The notes under the pieces are model-generated. The model saw nothing but the letters and a program-made list of their open reading frames with translations. It was not told the origin of the DNA and did no database searches. Positions 1 through 10,128 of a DNA stretch of 64,000 nt are shown here, piece by piece. The translations under genes were made by a program, and so were the position numbers. The first letter of the stretch is position 1. Every line of letters begins with the position of its first letter. Origin of the DNA: a virus (lineage: Duplodnaviria; Caudoviricetes); IMG/VR virus record IMGVR_UViG_3300029288_000060, positions 192,001 to 256,000 of that record; one strand, 5' to 3'.

Positions 1-84
1 CCAATGTTTCCCCCTTTTAATTGCATCATGTTCATGTAAAACAAATTTTTCCATTTATTTTTATCTCCATCCACAACTTTTCAA

Positions 85-585
85 TTATTTTATTAATTTA
101 TTTATTGAATCCTCTGCAAATCTGGCTAGCGAATAGGCATCACATAAATTATCATCATTAAAGTCAACTCCCCATTTTTTATATACTTCTTTTAACATTA
201 AATTTTTCTTTACATTTCCTTTTCCGGTTACAAATTTTTTCAATGTAGTAGGTGATACTACAATATAAGGAATGTTATTATTAAATAAAAAAATTCTGAT
301 AAAATAATTTAAAGCTGCAATTTGCAGAATTGCTTCTCCAGTTGAACCATAACTGAGTCCCTCCAAACAAACTAAATTTAAATCATACTCATTCATATAA
401 TATAAAAGTATATTTAACTCGCTTGCTATATATAAAATTCTTTTTTCAATATCAAACTGTGTATCTTGATGTTTTGTTGTAATTAGCATTTGTTTGATAA
501 CGTTACAATTACCATCAATAATTACAACACTTGTTCCGCTAAATGAAGCATCTATACCAACAAAAAGTTTTTTATTTAAGTCCAT
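85..585 (-). CDS. RuvC-like Holliday junction resolvase
   Basis: GIDASFSGTSVV, VCLEGLSYG, SPTTLKKFVTGKGN and DNLCDAYSLA match the RuvC acidic motifs. Confidence 0.85.
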   Translation of the reverse strand: MDLNKKLFVGIDASFSGTSVVIIDGNCNVIKQMLITTKHQDTQFDIEKRILYIASELNILLYYMNEYDLNLVCLEGLSYGSTGEAILQIAALNYFIRIFLFNNNIPYIVVSPTTLKKFVTGKGNVKKNLMLKEVYKKWGVDFNDDNLCDAYSLARFAEDSINKLIK

Positions 586-866
586 ATCAATTCCTTTGTT
601 ACCCTTTCTAAAGTTTCTTTTCTTTCAACAATTTCTGAGTTATCCATATAGTTTTTCAATTGACTTTTTATTTCGTTTGTTAAAGATTTTATAAATTCTT
701 CTGATAATACATAAGTATAATTTGATATTTCTATTAGATAATCACAAACTTCACTTACTTCATCATTTGAAATTCTGGTATACTCACTTAATTTTTCACA
801 TAAATCTTGTAATTCATTATATTCCATATATCCCTCCCTATTTATAGTTATTCTCAGATGTTGCAC
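576..866 (-). CDS. hypothetical protein
   Basis: 96 aa ORF tiling the operon; the true start is probably the internal Met after GGGAGGG. Confidence 0.6.
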   Translation of the reverse strand: MQHLRITINREGYMEYNELQDLCEKLSEYTRISNDEVSEVCDYLIEISNYTYVLSEEFIKSLTNEIKSQLKNYMDNSEIVERKETLERVTKELIWT

Positions 867-1689
867 CTTTAATTTCCATCCAATCTTTCTTTTCTCTTAC
901 TCGTTCGTTAATATTATCAACTGATTCTAAAATTTCAATATCAAAATTATTTTGTTTACACCAAAAGATGAATGATTTCAAATCCTTAGGGAAGCATTTC
1001 CCGCCAAAACCCAACTGAAAATCAAAGCCTGGAACTTTAGTATGGGAATCTGTAATTCTATTATCTCCTACAAATAATTGTCTTACATTTTCATACTCAA
1101 CTCCAATTTTTTCACATATTTTATAAATTTGATTCATAAAAATTACTTTAGTTGCAAAATAACAATTACACATATATTTTAATAATTCTGCCTCTTCATA
1201 CTTTACTTTAAAAATTGGAGTATATTTAAATCTAACTCGATATAATTCTTCTACCTTACTATGAGCACCATCTATTCCTGGATCATCCGTTCCTAAAACT
1301 ATTCTAGTTTGATTTAAAAAATCATTCAATGCAGTTCTTTCTGTTAAAAATTCTGGATTAAAAATGAAATCAAATTGTTTAAATTCATCAGCTAATTTTC
1401 TTGTTGTGCCTGGAATTATTGTAGATTTTATAACTAAAATTTTACGTTCTTTTGTAACTTCATTAATAGAATTAACTACATCATATATTGATGATAAATC
1501 CTGTTCATAATTTTCCTTGAATGGAGTAGGAACACAAATAAATAATACTTCAGCGTGATCAACTGTATCTTGCAATGTGCTAAAACCTTTAATAAACTTA
1601 TCATAAATTTTAATATCAAAATATGGAGAAAAGCCATTATAGAGTGCACTTCCCACAAATCCTGCTCCAATAATAGATAACTTATTCAT
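838..1689 (-). CDS. UDP-glucose/GDP-mannose dehydrogenase family protein (short form, no C-terminal domain)
   Basis: GAGFVG Rossmann motif, ICVPTP, IKSTIIPGT, FNPEFL, GFGGKCFPKD; AGGAG RBS before ATG 1689. Confidence 0.9.
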   Translation of the reverse strand: MNKLSIIGAGFVGSALYNGFSPYFDIKIYDKFIKGFSTLQDTVDHAEVLFICVPTPFKENYEQDLSSIYDVVNSINEVTKERKILVIKSTIIPGTTRKLADEFKQFDFIFNPEFLTERTALNDFLNQTRIVLGTDDPGIDGAHSKVEELYRVRFKYTPIFKVKYEEAELLKYMCNCYFATKVIFMNQIYKICEKIGVEYENVRQLFVGDNRITDSHTKVPGFDFQLGFGGKCFPKDLKSFIFWCKQNNFDIEILESVDNINERVREKKDWMEIKGATSENNYK

Positions 1690-1706
1690 ATTTTTAATTC
1701 TCCTTT

Positions 1707-2429
1707 TCAAATATTATTTAGTTTTTGACGTATTTCTTCACTTTTTCCACATGATCTAGTTCCTTCACTACATCTTCCATTAAAACATGATGGTCCAGCA
1801 TTTTGAAATATTATTGGTGAAATAGGCTTAACTAATTTTAACATTTCTAAAGCTAAATTCCTTATTTCCCATTGAGCCCGATTACATAAACGTAGACGAA
1901 AAAAATAAAGTAGTTCTCTTGCATTCATTGTAACTATAATTTTTGTCTCTGTAGCATTTGGTAAAACAAAACGAGCATCCTCTCTTGCATGCTCGTTTGT
2001 ACGTCCAGAACGTTTTAATACTTCTACTAATTTATTATAACTATCTTGAATTAATTTCATAGTGTTTTCAAAATCATCTTTTAATTCAATATTTTCTTCA
2101 ATTAAAGGAGGAATAATATATTGAAATTCCTTTTCGTTAACATAACGTTGCGATTGTTGACTATAAGATGCTAAGCGATGTCTTACAAGTTGGTGAGAAC
2201 ATGCTCTAGATATACCTTCAATTGCAAAAGTAAATGACGCATGTTCTATTGGACTATGGTGACCTGATTCTAGTAAATCTTCCAAAAGAGTTTTATAATC
2301 AACATTATCATTAATTGTTATTACTCCTTCTATATCAGATGGAGAGTAACAAATTTTAGCAGCAGAATAAATTGTTTTTTCTGGTTCTGGTGTATATTTT
2401 ACTAAAAGCACTTTTAACTTTGTTTGCAT
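1707..2429 (-). CDS. thyX: FAD-dependent thymidylate synthase
   Basis: GHHSPIEH, SHQLVRHRLASYSQQSQRYV (ThyX motif), EDARFVLP. Confidence 0.97.
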   Translation of the reverse strand: MQTKLKVLLVKYTPEPEKTIYSAAKICYSPSDIEGVITINDNVDYKTLLEDLLESGHHSPIEHASFTFAIEGISRACSHQLVRHRLASYSQQSQRYVNEKEFQYIIPPLIEENIELKDDFENTMKLIQDSYNKLVEVLKRSGRTNEHAREDARFVLPNATETKIIVTMNARELLYFFRLRLCNRAQWEIRNLALEMLKLVKPISPIIFQNAGPSCFNGRCSEGTRSCGKSEEIRQKLNNI

Positions 2430-2482
2430 TACAAATTGCCCCCCAGATTCAATATAATAAAAATTATTTATTTTTTAATTCA

Positions 2483-3199
2483 TCATCCAAATGAAACGAC
2501 AACGTTAGTCAGAGATCCAGCAATTAATTTTTCAATTACTTCTGCTCTCTTTTCTTTTCCTTCATCAAAAATCTCAGATGATAGGGGAATTGTACCAAAT
2601 GGTGTTTGTAAATTATCTCCATATTTTTTTCTTATTCTTCCAATTTTCATCATTATATCTGCAAGACATAAGTCGAGAAAATACATTTGTAAATCATTTG
2701 GAATAGTTGAAAAATCAGACGCGTGAGCTCTTTCATATTCTATAGCAATCCATTGTTCTGTTGTTGGTGTAGGTCTAATAGAAAGTATGTTAGGATGCTT
2801 AAAGACATGTGTATAATTAAAAGACGAAAAAGATTTTACCCACCCTGCCATTTCAACATCAAATGCCCATTGTGAAAGTTCCCCCATACTCATCGGACCA
2901 AGTGGCGGATGACCAAATAAATATAAATTTCCTGCGGAATAATAAACATGTGAAACTGATAAAATTTCTCTTCCTTCTGGATCACTTATATAATATTCAT
3001 TAGCTTTATTTGGTACTTTATTTGATGCAGTTTGAACATTTAAACCTATAGTATTATCATCCGGAAAATAATGTGCAAAAGTTGCCATCGTATATTCAGT
3101 TATATGCTCTAAAATTTCCTCATCTGTTAATTCCACGAATTGCCATGGAAATCCAATTTCTGATTTTATATATTTTAATACCTTAGTTGAATTAAGCAT
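2483..3199 (-). CDS. putative neck / head-tail adaptor protein (T4 gp13-like)
   Basis: N-terminal IKSEIGFPWQFVELTDEEI and C-terminal GRIRKKY pattern resemble gp13-like adaptors. Confidence 0.6.
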   Translation of the reverse strand: MLNSTKVLKYIKSEIGFPWQFVELTDEEILEHITEYTMATFAHYFPDDNTIGLNVQTASNKVPNKANEYYISDPEGREILSVSHVYYSAGNLYLFGHPPLGPMSMGELSQWAFDVEMAGWVKSFSSFNYTHVFKHPNILSIRPTPTTEQWIAIEYERAHASDFSTIPNDLQMYFLDLCLADIMMKIGRIRKKYGDNLQTPFGTIPLSSEIFDEGKEKRAEVIEKLIAGSLTNVVVSFG

Positions 3200-3206
3200 C
3201 TTTTAA

Positions 3207-4349
3207 TTATCCTCCGTTACTCTGGTAATAAATACTATCTAAAGAATCATCTGTTATGTAAATTCTGCTCATTTCTAAAGCCTTTCTCATAACTTCAATA
3301 TCAGTAATTTCTTTATTCTCTAAAATATTTTCTATTATTTTTCTTTTTTCTAACATTTCAGTATTAATTGGATTATCTAAAAATCTACTTAAAATTTCAA
3401 ATGAAACCAATTTTAAATTGTTTGAAATTAGTTTTTCACTTTTCTCTTTTTGAATGATTGTATTTATATATTTGTTCGGATGTGAGTTTAAATCTAAAGG
3501 AAAAATTTCTCTTCCTTTTAAAACATTATTATACAAATTTTCTATCCCACCTACTAAATTTACTACGTCTTTTATTATTTTCTCGACCGTTTTTCCTCCA
3601 ATTCCTTTTATACCTTGTACATCATCTCCTGTATCACCTATAATTGCCATTGTTAAAGGAAGATAATCATCTGGGTAATTATTTGTAAACTTTAAATATG
3701 ATTTTAAAGATTGTCCTTTTTTAATTAGTTTTTTAACTTTTGGAACCTTAACATAAACATAAACATCATCATTTAGACATTGTAATAAATCATGATCATT
3801 TGAATATACTATATGTCCAGTTTCTGCATTTCTTTTTACTAAATTTCTAGTAATCAAATAAAAAGGTACAAAATCTGCTTCTAGATATGGTAAACGAATT
3901 AAATAAATATTTGGCATTTTATTTAAAGCTTTTTCTAATAACATGAAATTCTTTTGTATCACATGAAAAAATAAGTCTCTTTTTTCTCTATCCAAACCAT
4001 ATAAATCATCAATTCTTCTTGAAATTTTATATTTTTTAGAAATATTCAAATGATAATTTGATTTACCTGATTCTAAAAAAATATAAAAATTTGCTTTAAT
4101 ATTTCTATTTATACAATATGTTTTATGAAATGATAAAAAACTAAGGACTGATTCAAATATAGATGAATCAGTCCTCTTACTCAACAAAGTGGTTTCAATA
4201 ATATTCTCAATCTCATGCTTCATATATAACGTCTGTAAATTATTTTTTAAATCAAAATAAAAATTTAAAGATTTATAATTACCGGTTGATAATACTTCAT
4301 CTAAAATAGAATATGTTGGATAGTAACTTAATATCGTTTGACTTGCCAT
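3207..4349 (-). CDS. 5'-3' exonuclease / T4 RNase H-like flap nuclease
   Basis: LEADFV, SNDHDLLQC and GDTGDDVQGIKGIGGKT (H3TH) motifs. Confidence 0.85.
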   Translation of the reverse strand: MASQTILSYYPTYSILDEVLSTGNYKSLNFYFDLKNNLQTLYMKHEIENIIETTLLSKRTDSSIFESVLSFLSFHKTYCINRNIKANFYIFLESGKSNYHLNISKKYKISRRIDDLYGLDREKRDLFFHVIQKNFMLLEKALNKMPNIYLIRLPYLEADFVPFYLITRNLVKRNAETGHIVYSNDHDLLQCLNDDVYVYVKVPKVKKLIKKGQSLKSYLKFTNNYPDDYLPLTMAIIGDTGDDVQGIKGIGGKTVEKIIKDVVNLVGGIENLYNNVLKGREIFPLDLNSHPNKYINTIIQKEKSEKLISNNLKLVSFEILSRFLDNPINTEMLEKRKIIENILENKEITDIEVMRKALEMSRIYITDDSLDSIYYQSNGG

Positions 4350-4528
4350 TATTTTTTCTCATCCTCAGAATCTTCAGGTCCAGTTGAAGTAACAAGATCA
4401 TGAGTATATATAATTACAACTATAAGAGCAAGTAAAAGCCAAAACTTTGGATTTCGTATTGCAACCACATCTGATAAAAAAGCTCCAAATAAAATTAAAA
4501 CAAAAAAATGAAAATAATATTCAATCAT
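4349..4528 (-). CDS. small membrane protein, 59 aa (not in ORF track)
   Basis: Hand translation MIEYYFHFFVLILFGAFLSDVVAIRNPKFWLLLALIVVIIYTHDLVTSTGPEDSEDEKK; fills the gap exactly with overlapping start and stop codons. Confidence 0.7.
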   Translation of the reverse strand: MIEYYFHFFVLILFGAFLSDVVAIRNPKFWLLLALIVVIIYTHDLVTSTGPEDSEDEKK

Positions 4529-5049
4529 ATTTGCTCCGATAATAATATTGTAGTAACAATTTCTGTACGCATTTTTAACACATCTAAACTTTTATTTATT
4601 ATTTCATAGTCTGCTACAATTGTATCTTGTTCAGTTTCTGATATATGTTTGTTTTCTTCCTTATTTTGTTTTAAACTTGGTCTGATTATTCTAATTATTT
4701 TTCCATGAAAAAAATGGATCATATCAACTTCATTTTGAAATCTAACATCATGGATAACAATTAATTTTTTTCTATCAATCTTTGATATTTTTTCTGTCAT
4801 TTTATTAACCCAAAAATTGTCACTAACTTGTTTTCTAATAATTTCTGTTCCAATCTTTTGTAACATCATTCTAGAAAATTTTGTTTTTTTATCCCATAAT
4901 TCTTCTTTACTACAAATACCTGCATTATAAATCATTTCTTTCAAACAATCACCAAATGCAAGTAATATAGTATTTGGATACAAATCTTTTATAAAATTTG
5001 CAGTAGTAGTTTTTCCAGAATATAACTTCCCTGTTATTCCGATTAGCAT
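4525..5049 (-). CDS. deoxynucleoside monophosphate kinase
   Basis: GITGKLYSGKTT P-loop, RMMLQKIGTE, IHDVRFQNE, HISET. Confidence 0.9.
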   Translation of the reverse strand: MLIGITGKLYSGKTTTANFIKDLYPNTILLAFGDCLKEMIYNAGICSKEELWDKKTKFSRMMLQKIGTEIIRKQVSDNFWVNKMTEKISKIDRKKLIVIHDVRFQNEVDMIHFFHGKIIRIIRPSLKQNKEENKHISETEQDTIVADYEIINKSLDVLKMRTEIVTTILLSEQI

Positions 5050-5059
5050 AAAAAACTCC

Positions 5060-5803
5060 TTATTCAGTTTCGATCATACTTGCTCTAGTATATAGATTTG
5101 TATTGATACTTCCAATTGTAGTTGAAAAAGAATTGATTACTATATTATTTCCTGAATCAAACATTTCCATTGTAATATCGCCATCATGATCAATAATAAA
5201 TGGAGTTATAACTAAATTAACAGAATGATTTAACTCTCTATTTGAAACTATATTGCTAACAAATTTTGCAAAATCATTTTTATTTTGAGTTGCTGTAGAT
5301 ATACTTGCCATCTCACCTTCAAAAATAGTTTGTAAACTATTAACATGAAAACTAGATGAAATTATTCTCATTCTGTCAGAAATCTTTTTTGAAATATTAG
5401 TAGAAAGGATTAAATCCTCTTGATTAATTATTATAACTCTGTCCAATTCTTCTTTGTTAATAAACTTATTATCTAAGAATTCTAATAAAGGATTTTTTAT
5501 TTTTAACATTGAATACTCATCAGATATAGTGAAACTATCTGGTTCTGTTAATATAGATACTTCTTGTCCTGAGAAACATTTAAATATATCTAACTTTGTT
5601 TTTAAATCTGTAATTGGAATATTCATTGTTGAAATAAGTGATGTTAAATCAATTTCAAATACTGTTGCGCTATCATTACTTCTTTGTCTGATAAGACCAT
5701 CTCTAATATCTACATCACCACATATATCTTTTAAAACAAACAAAACTCTTAATAATTCATCATACTTTGTTGCATCCAAATTTACTTGCACGACATTTTC
5801 CAT
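5060..5803 (-). CDS. putative DNA sliding clamp (PCNA/gp45-like)
   Basis: Acidic 247 aa protein with a PCNA-like N-terminal pattern, near the primase and clamp loader. Confidence 0.5.
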   Translation of the reverse strand: MENVVQVNLDATKYDELLRVLFVLKDICGDVDIRDGLIRQRSNDSATVFEIDLTSLISTMNIPITDLKTKLDIFKCFSGQEVSILTEPDSFTISDEYSMLKIKNPLLEFLDNKFINKEELDRVIIINQEDLILSTNISKKISDRMRIISSSFHVNSLQTIFEGEMASISTATQNKNDFAKFVSNIVSNRELNHSVNLVITPFIIDHDGDITMEMFDSGNNIVINSFSTTIGSINTNLYTRASMIETE

Positions 5804-6177
5804 ACTTTTTCACCTTTCCTTTTTTCTATAATAACTTCACTTTTATCTATGAATAAATCAAATGGAGAAATATAAAATTTTCCAATTTTATAATCTGCAT
5901 AATTTACAATACGTTTTTGAAAATAAACTTTTACATAATCCATCTCAGTTCTATATTCAATATAAAATACATTCTTGTTTATTAATCTCCACTCTTCTGA
6001 TTCAGGTATTTTTAATTTTGAAAAAGAAATAAAATTTTGCTTTTCAAATTCTATATATGGACCACGTTTACCAATTACTATTCTATTATAACCTTTAGCT
6101 AAAATATCTGATTTTGTATATAAAAATAAATCTTTTGAACCGTTTATTGAAATTTTTAACCTATCAATATAATTCAT
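5782..6177 (-). CDS. hypothetical phage protein
   Basis: 131 aa ORF in operon, RIVIGKRGPYIEF motif. Confidence 0.7.
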   Translation of the reverse strand: MNYIDRLKISINGSKDLFLYTKSDILAKGYNRIVIGKRGPYIEFEKQNFISFSKLKIPESEEWRLINKNVFYIEYRTEMDYVKVYFQKRIVNYADYKIGKFYISPFDLFIDKSEVIIEKRKGEKVWKMSCK

Positions 6178-6562
6178 CTTCTTTTATACTTTTGATAATT
6201 GTCATATAATAAAATTTATCTTCTTTTACATTCTTTAAATCCATGTAATCAACAGTAATAAAACAATCTTCAACAAGTTTTAAAATATCCATTATTCTTT
6301 CTGAAATATGTTTATTATCATTATTTGTATTTATTGTAATTGGTATTGAAAAAATTATCAGAATAGAATCGATATTATTATATTCATAATTAAACATTGA
6401 AACATTACAATTTAAAATACTAAATAACTTATTACTTGCTGTTGATTGGCATAATAATGAATAATAGTCTAATTCATCTATAGTACCTGTATATTTTAAT
6501 CCTGTATCAATTGTAGTTTCAAAAATTTGTTTGAGTCTGTCTGTTGGATCAATTGTATTCAA
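6164..6562 (-). CDS. hypothetical protein
   Basis: 132 aa ORF with AGGAG RBS. Confidence 0.7.
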   Translation of the reverse strand: MNTIDPTDRLKQIFETTIDTGLKYTGTIDELDYYSLLCQSTASNKLFSILNCNVSMFNYEYNNIDSILIIFSIPITINTNNDNKHISERIMDILKLVEDCFITVDYMDLKNVKEDKFYYMTIIKSIKEDELY

Positions 6563-6580
6563 ATTTAGTTCTCCTTATTT

Positions 6581-7564
6581 TTATAATATAAATTTTTCTA
6601 TATTTATAGTATTTTCTCCAAAATCTTTTGCTGCTTTATTATAATATACTTCCATCTTGTTTATAATATGTGAATTATACTTTTTTATTTTTTTATAATA
6701 ATCTAAACTAATACCTCTATCTGATAAAATTGTAACATCAATTCTATAAATTTTTTCGTTAAATACTATACTTTTAATCAAAGAAGTATAAGATGTTGAT
6801 AATGCCGCAGCATATAATTTTGTATGATTCTTTAATTTTGTGTAATCATATATATGTTCATTATAAATATCAAATATTCCTTCTCCAATTATTACATGGT
6901 TTGAATTATAATCTCCTCCTACTAATTTATAATAATCTAAAAATCTTGTTGCGTCAAGAAAAAGTTTAAAAAATTTAAATTCTGCAGTTTGATCTATATT
7001 TCTAAAAATAACAACTGATTCTTGTTCTGTCAAAAAACCAACAAAGTTTGATTGCAAATAAGGTTTAACTCTTAATAAATTATCATACATTGGAACATTA
7101 TTTTTATTTATAAATTCATCTACATCAAAAATCAATCCTTTAATATTTTTAAGATTTTGTATTGAATATTTTAACCTTCCTTTTAAATATAAAGTTTTTA
7201 ATTTAAAAAAATCTTCTTTTAAATCTGGAAGGATTAAAGGTTGTTTCTTAGTAGGAGGACTCAATTTAACATCATGTTTTTGTATTTGTTTAATTTTTTC
7301 CTTATCAATATATCTATCTGATGTATCTACTCCAGATATTTTATCCATTAATTTTGAAATTGTTCCATTGGTATTACAACTTGAATGAAAACAATGAAAT
7401 ATAGGTGCATCTAATGAAATGTACAAATGATAATGTTTTTTATTTCTGTTGTTGTGTTCTCCGCAAAAGAAACAAGGTATAATTATATTTTTTGATGTTA
7501 TTTTAATATTAGAAGTATATTGTTTTAAATAATTTAAAAATGAATCGTGATATATTCCAATCAT
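6581..7564 (-). CDS. DNA primase-like protein (zinc finger plus TOPRIM, T4 gp61-like)
   Basis: CFFC...FHCFHSSC zinc finger and IIGEGIFD TOPRIM motif. Confidence 0.75.
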   Translation of the reverse strand: MIGIYHDSFLNYLKQYTSNIKITSKNIIIPCFFCGEHNNRNKKHYHLYISLDAPIFHCFHSSCNTNGTISKLMDKISGVDTSDRYIDKEKIKQIQKHDVKLSPPTKKQPLILPDLKEDFFKLKTLYLKGRLKYSIQNLKNIKGLIFDVDEFINKNNVPMYDNLLRVKPYLQSNFVGFLTEQESVVIFRNIDQTAEFKFFKLFLDATRFLDYYKLVGGDYNSNHVIIGEGIFDIYNEHIYDYTKLKNHTKLYAAALSTSYTSLIKSIVFNEKIYRIDVTILSDRGISLDYYKKIKKYNSHIINKMEVYYNKAAKDFGENTINIEKFIL

Positions 7565-7582
7565 TTTTCTTCCTTAATTTCT

Positions 7583-7738
7583 TCACACAATTTTATTTTC
7601 CTCCTCTTTTAGTTTAGATCTTAAAGCTTCTCTAATAAAAATTGATAGAGGAATTTCTCTTTCTTTACAAATTTTTTCTATTTTTAAAAACATTTCTTGT
7701 GACATTGTGCAATTTACATTCTTTTCAAATTTAACCAT
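7583..7738 (-). CDS. ribbon-helix-helix (CopG-like) DNA-binding protein, 51 aa (not in ORF track)
   Basis: Hand translation MVKFEKNVNCTMSQEMFLKIEKICKEREIPLSIFIREALRSKLKEEENKIV; AGGAG RBS; LSxFIREAL RHH signature. Confidence 0.75.
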   Translation of the reverse strand: MVKFEKNVNCTMSQEMFLKIEKICKEREIPLSIFIREALRSKLKEEENKIV

Positions 7739-7821
7739 ATTATCTCCTAATATCTTTTATTATTTGTTCTTAGGAAACAATGATATTAAAAAATATTCAA
7801 CCTTAATTACTTTTTTTAATT

Positions 7822-8028
7822 TTATTTATTAACTCCAAAAATATTTTCTAACCATGTTAAATAACCTTGACCATTACAAACTTTACATTTTTTTGTAGTA
7901 TAATCTTTTCCTAGAATTGCTCTTGTTTCATTAGTTTTTGTCCCAAGACTTCCCCATCCATCACAAGCTCCACAAATTTGATAACCATCGGGTAATTTAA
8001 ATTTTGGTTTTTTACTTACTAATTTCAT
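7822..8028 (-). CDS. DnaJ-type zinc-finger protein
   Basis: Two CxxCxGxG repeats. Confidence 0.7.
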   Translation of the reverse strand: MKLVSKKPKFKLPDGYQICGACDGWGSLGTKTNETRAILGKDYTTKKCKVCNGQGYLTWLENIFGVNK

Positions 8029-8351
8029 TGTTTAACTCCAATCATATATTGAAGCCAAGTTACAATTCCATACCCTTTACAAAAAGAACAAATTGAATTT
8101 AATTTACTATTGCAATAAGGACAATAATAGTATTTAATATTTATTTGCTCTTCAATAAAATAACCTATTCCTTTACATTCATCACAATATTCATTATTCC
8201 ATGAATATCCATCGTATAATTTATCATAAATTAAGCCAGTTCCGTTGCATGACTTACATTTAATTTCTGCAACATCCTCAGGATGACACTGTTCAATAAT
8301 AAATTTATGAATTTTATTCACATATTCAATGTCACTATATTGAAGTATCAT
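8025..8351 (-). CDS. DnaJ-type zinc-finger protein
   Basis: Four CxxC motifs, three of them followed by xGxG. Confidence 0.7.
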   Translation of the reverse strand: MILQYSDIEYVNKIHKFIIEQCHPEDVAEIKCKSCNGTGLIYDKLYDGYSWNNEYCDECKGIGYFIEEQINIKYYYCPYCNSKLNSICSFCKGYGIVTWLQYMIGVKQ

Positions 8352-8355
8352 TTTA

Positions 8356-9342
8356 TTATTTACCAGTTAATTGTTTATATTTTTGTAATACTTGTATTAT
8401 TTCAAAAATCATACTTAATAAATTCATATTTGGTAATAAACAATCTGGATGACTATTACTATATTTATTAATAATAATTTTAGCTGGAGCAGGTACGTTA
8501 TTTCTGAAAAATAAATCAGAATATATTGTTCTATAATCTAAATCTAATTCTCCAAGAAACTTTACAATATTGTTCATAACTCCATTAATCTTATGATCTT
8601 CTTTAGTTTGAATAAAATTTATAATTTCCACTATATTACTAATTATAGTCTTTTCAGTAGACAATGTTATATTTCTATCTGTTACTAATTTTCCTGTTAA
8701 GGAACTTTTTTGCATTGTATTAACAATTCTTCTGATGTCTGGATATAAACTATCAATAATAAATTTAAGGTCTTTTTCTTCAAAAGTTATTTTTTCTAAA
8801 TCTAAAATATTTTTACAATAACTAAACACAAATTCAACTGGCATTTGTTTAAATACATAAGGTTGACATCTAGATTGAACAGCATCTTCAATTTTAGATA
8901 CATAATTACAAGTTAAAATAAATCTACTATGAGTAGAATATTTTTCCATTATATGACGCAAAGATTTAAAACTAGCATCAGTTAATTGGTCACTTTCATC
9001 TATAAATACAATTTTATATAAGTCTGGATTAGCTGGAGGTATTTTCAAATATTGTTCAACTACATCTTGAATAAAAGTTATCCCTCTGGATTCTTTTGAA
9101 GAACCATCTACTTCTAGAACATTGTCATTTTTATTTTCAATAATTCCATTCTTAGAAGTCAGAATTTGAGCAATACATGTTTTTCCAGAACCTGGAGGCC
9201 CAGATAATAATAAATGGGGTATTTCTCTTCTTTTGATACATGCTTCAAAATCCATTTTATATTTTTCAGGTAAAACAAGTTCTTCTAATTTTTTTGGTCT
9301 GTATTTTTCTACCCATAAACTATTCACAATATTTTGATTCAT
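8356..9342 (-). CDS. clamp loader AAA+ subunit (RFC small / T4 gp44-like)
   Basis: LWVEKYRP, GPPGSGKT, FIDESD, SRC motif. Confidence 0.95.
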   Translation of the reverse strand: MNQNIVNSLWVEKYRPKKLEELVLPEKYKMDFEACIKRREIPHLLLSGPPGSGKTCIAQILTSKNGIIENKNDNVLEVDGSSKESRGITFIQDVVEQYLKIPPANPDLYKIVFIDESDQLTDASFKSLRHIMEKYSTHSRFILTCNYVSKIEDAVQSRCQPYVFKQMPVEFVFSYCKNILDLEKITFEEKDLKFIIDSLYPDIRRIVNTMQKSSLTGKLVTDRNITLSTEKTIISNIVEIINFIQTKEDHKINGVMNNIVKFLGELDLDYRTIYSDLFFRNNVPAPAKIIINKYSNSHPDCLLPNMNLLSMIFEIIQVLQKYKQLTGK

Positions 9343-9352
9343 TTATTACTCC

Positions 9353-9751
9353 TTAGCAAGAATACCCATCCGCCATACTTAAAAGATATAAACTTTTTTG
9401 ATCTTCTATGAAGTCATGAATTATTTCTTTTTCTTGATTTCTAAAAAATAATTTAGTTGCTTCTTCTCCATCGATATATTTACCATTTTTATCAAAAATA
9501 AAATCATCACCAATATAGATTCTTTTTGAATTTTTAATTTTGCTTAATAATAAAGTAATTCTGGCTGAAAAATTTGGTAGTGTTGAAACATGAAAGTTTA
9601 ATAATATTTCATTATCTTTGCAAGAAATTAACATATTTTCAGCAAATATAAATGTTTCTCTATTTTGTTGTTTATCAACTTTAAAAACTTCTACATCATA
9701 TTCTTTTAATTTATTAACAATTTTTTCTTCTAAAGATAATGATAAACTCAT
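9353..9751 (-). CDS. hypothetical protein
   Basis: 132 aa ORF, translationally coupled. Confidence 0.7.
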   Translation of the reverse strand: MSLSLSLEEKIVNKLKEYDVEVFKVDKQQNRETFIFAENMLISCKDNEILLNFHVSTLPNFSARITLLLSKIKNSKRIYIGDDFIFDKNGKYIDGEEATKLFFRNQEKEIIHDFIEDQKSLYLLSMADGYSC

Positions 9752-10038
9752 TCTTTATATTCCTCTGTATATTTAGTCATATGTACTAAAACATTTGCTA
9801 AAAACTTATCTGGATTTATTTTTTTTTGCTGGATTTGACTAGTTAAAATATTTTTTAGGGATGCAAAAAAATTATCAAAATTAATTAATTGACCAGATGG
9901 AGCCTTTTCTTTTGCCATTGGACATTTTTCTCCAACTTTTAAGGGTGGATGAGAAAAACCACACTGACTACAAATTGAATGAGACATTAAATCCATACAT
10001 ACCTCACTTTGTCTTTTATATATGTTCTTTACAAACAA
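9748..10038 (-). CDS. hypothetical zinc-binding protein
   Basis: CSQCGFSH...CP; start probably internal (about 9996). Confidence 0.6.
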   Translation of the reverse strand: MFVKNIYKRQSEVCMDLMSHSICSQCGFSHPPLKVGEKCPMAKEKAPSGQLINFDNFFASLKNILTSQIQQKKINPDKFLANVLVHMTKYTEEYKE

Positions 10039-10069
10039 AAAAATTTCCTAAACCTTGAGTAAATCTAAT

Positions 10070-10118
10070 ACTTCTGTCAAAATTTTAACTATTTAAAGGT
10101 TAAAATTTTGACAGAAGT
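10070..10118. terminator. long inverted repeat, probable terminator
   Basis: ACTTCTGTCAAAATTTTAAC ... GTTAAAATTTTGACAGAAGT in the intergenic gap. Confidence 0.6.
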
Positions 10119-10128
10119 TTTTACATAT

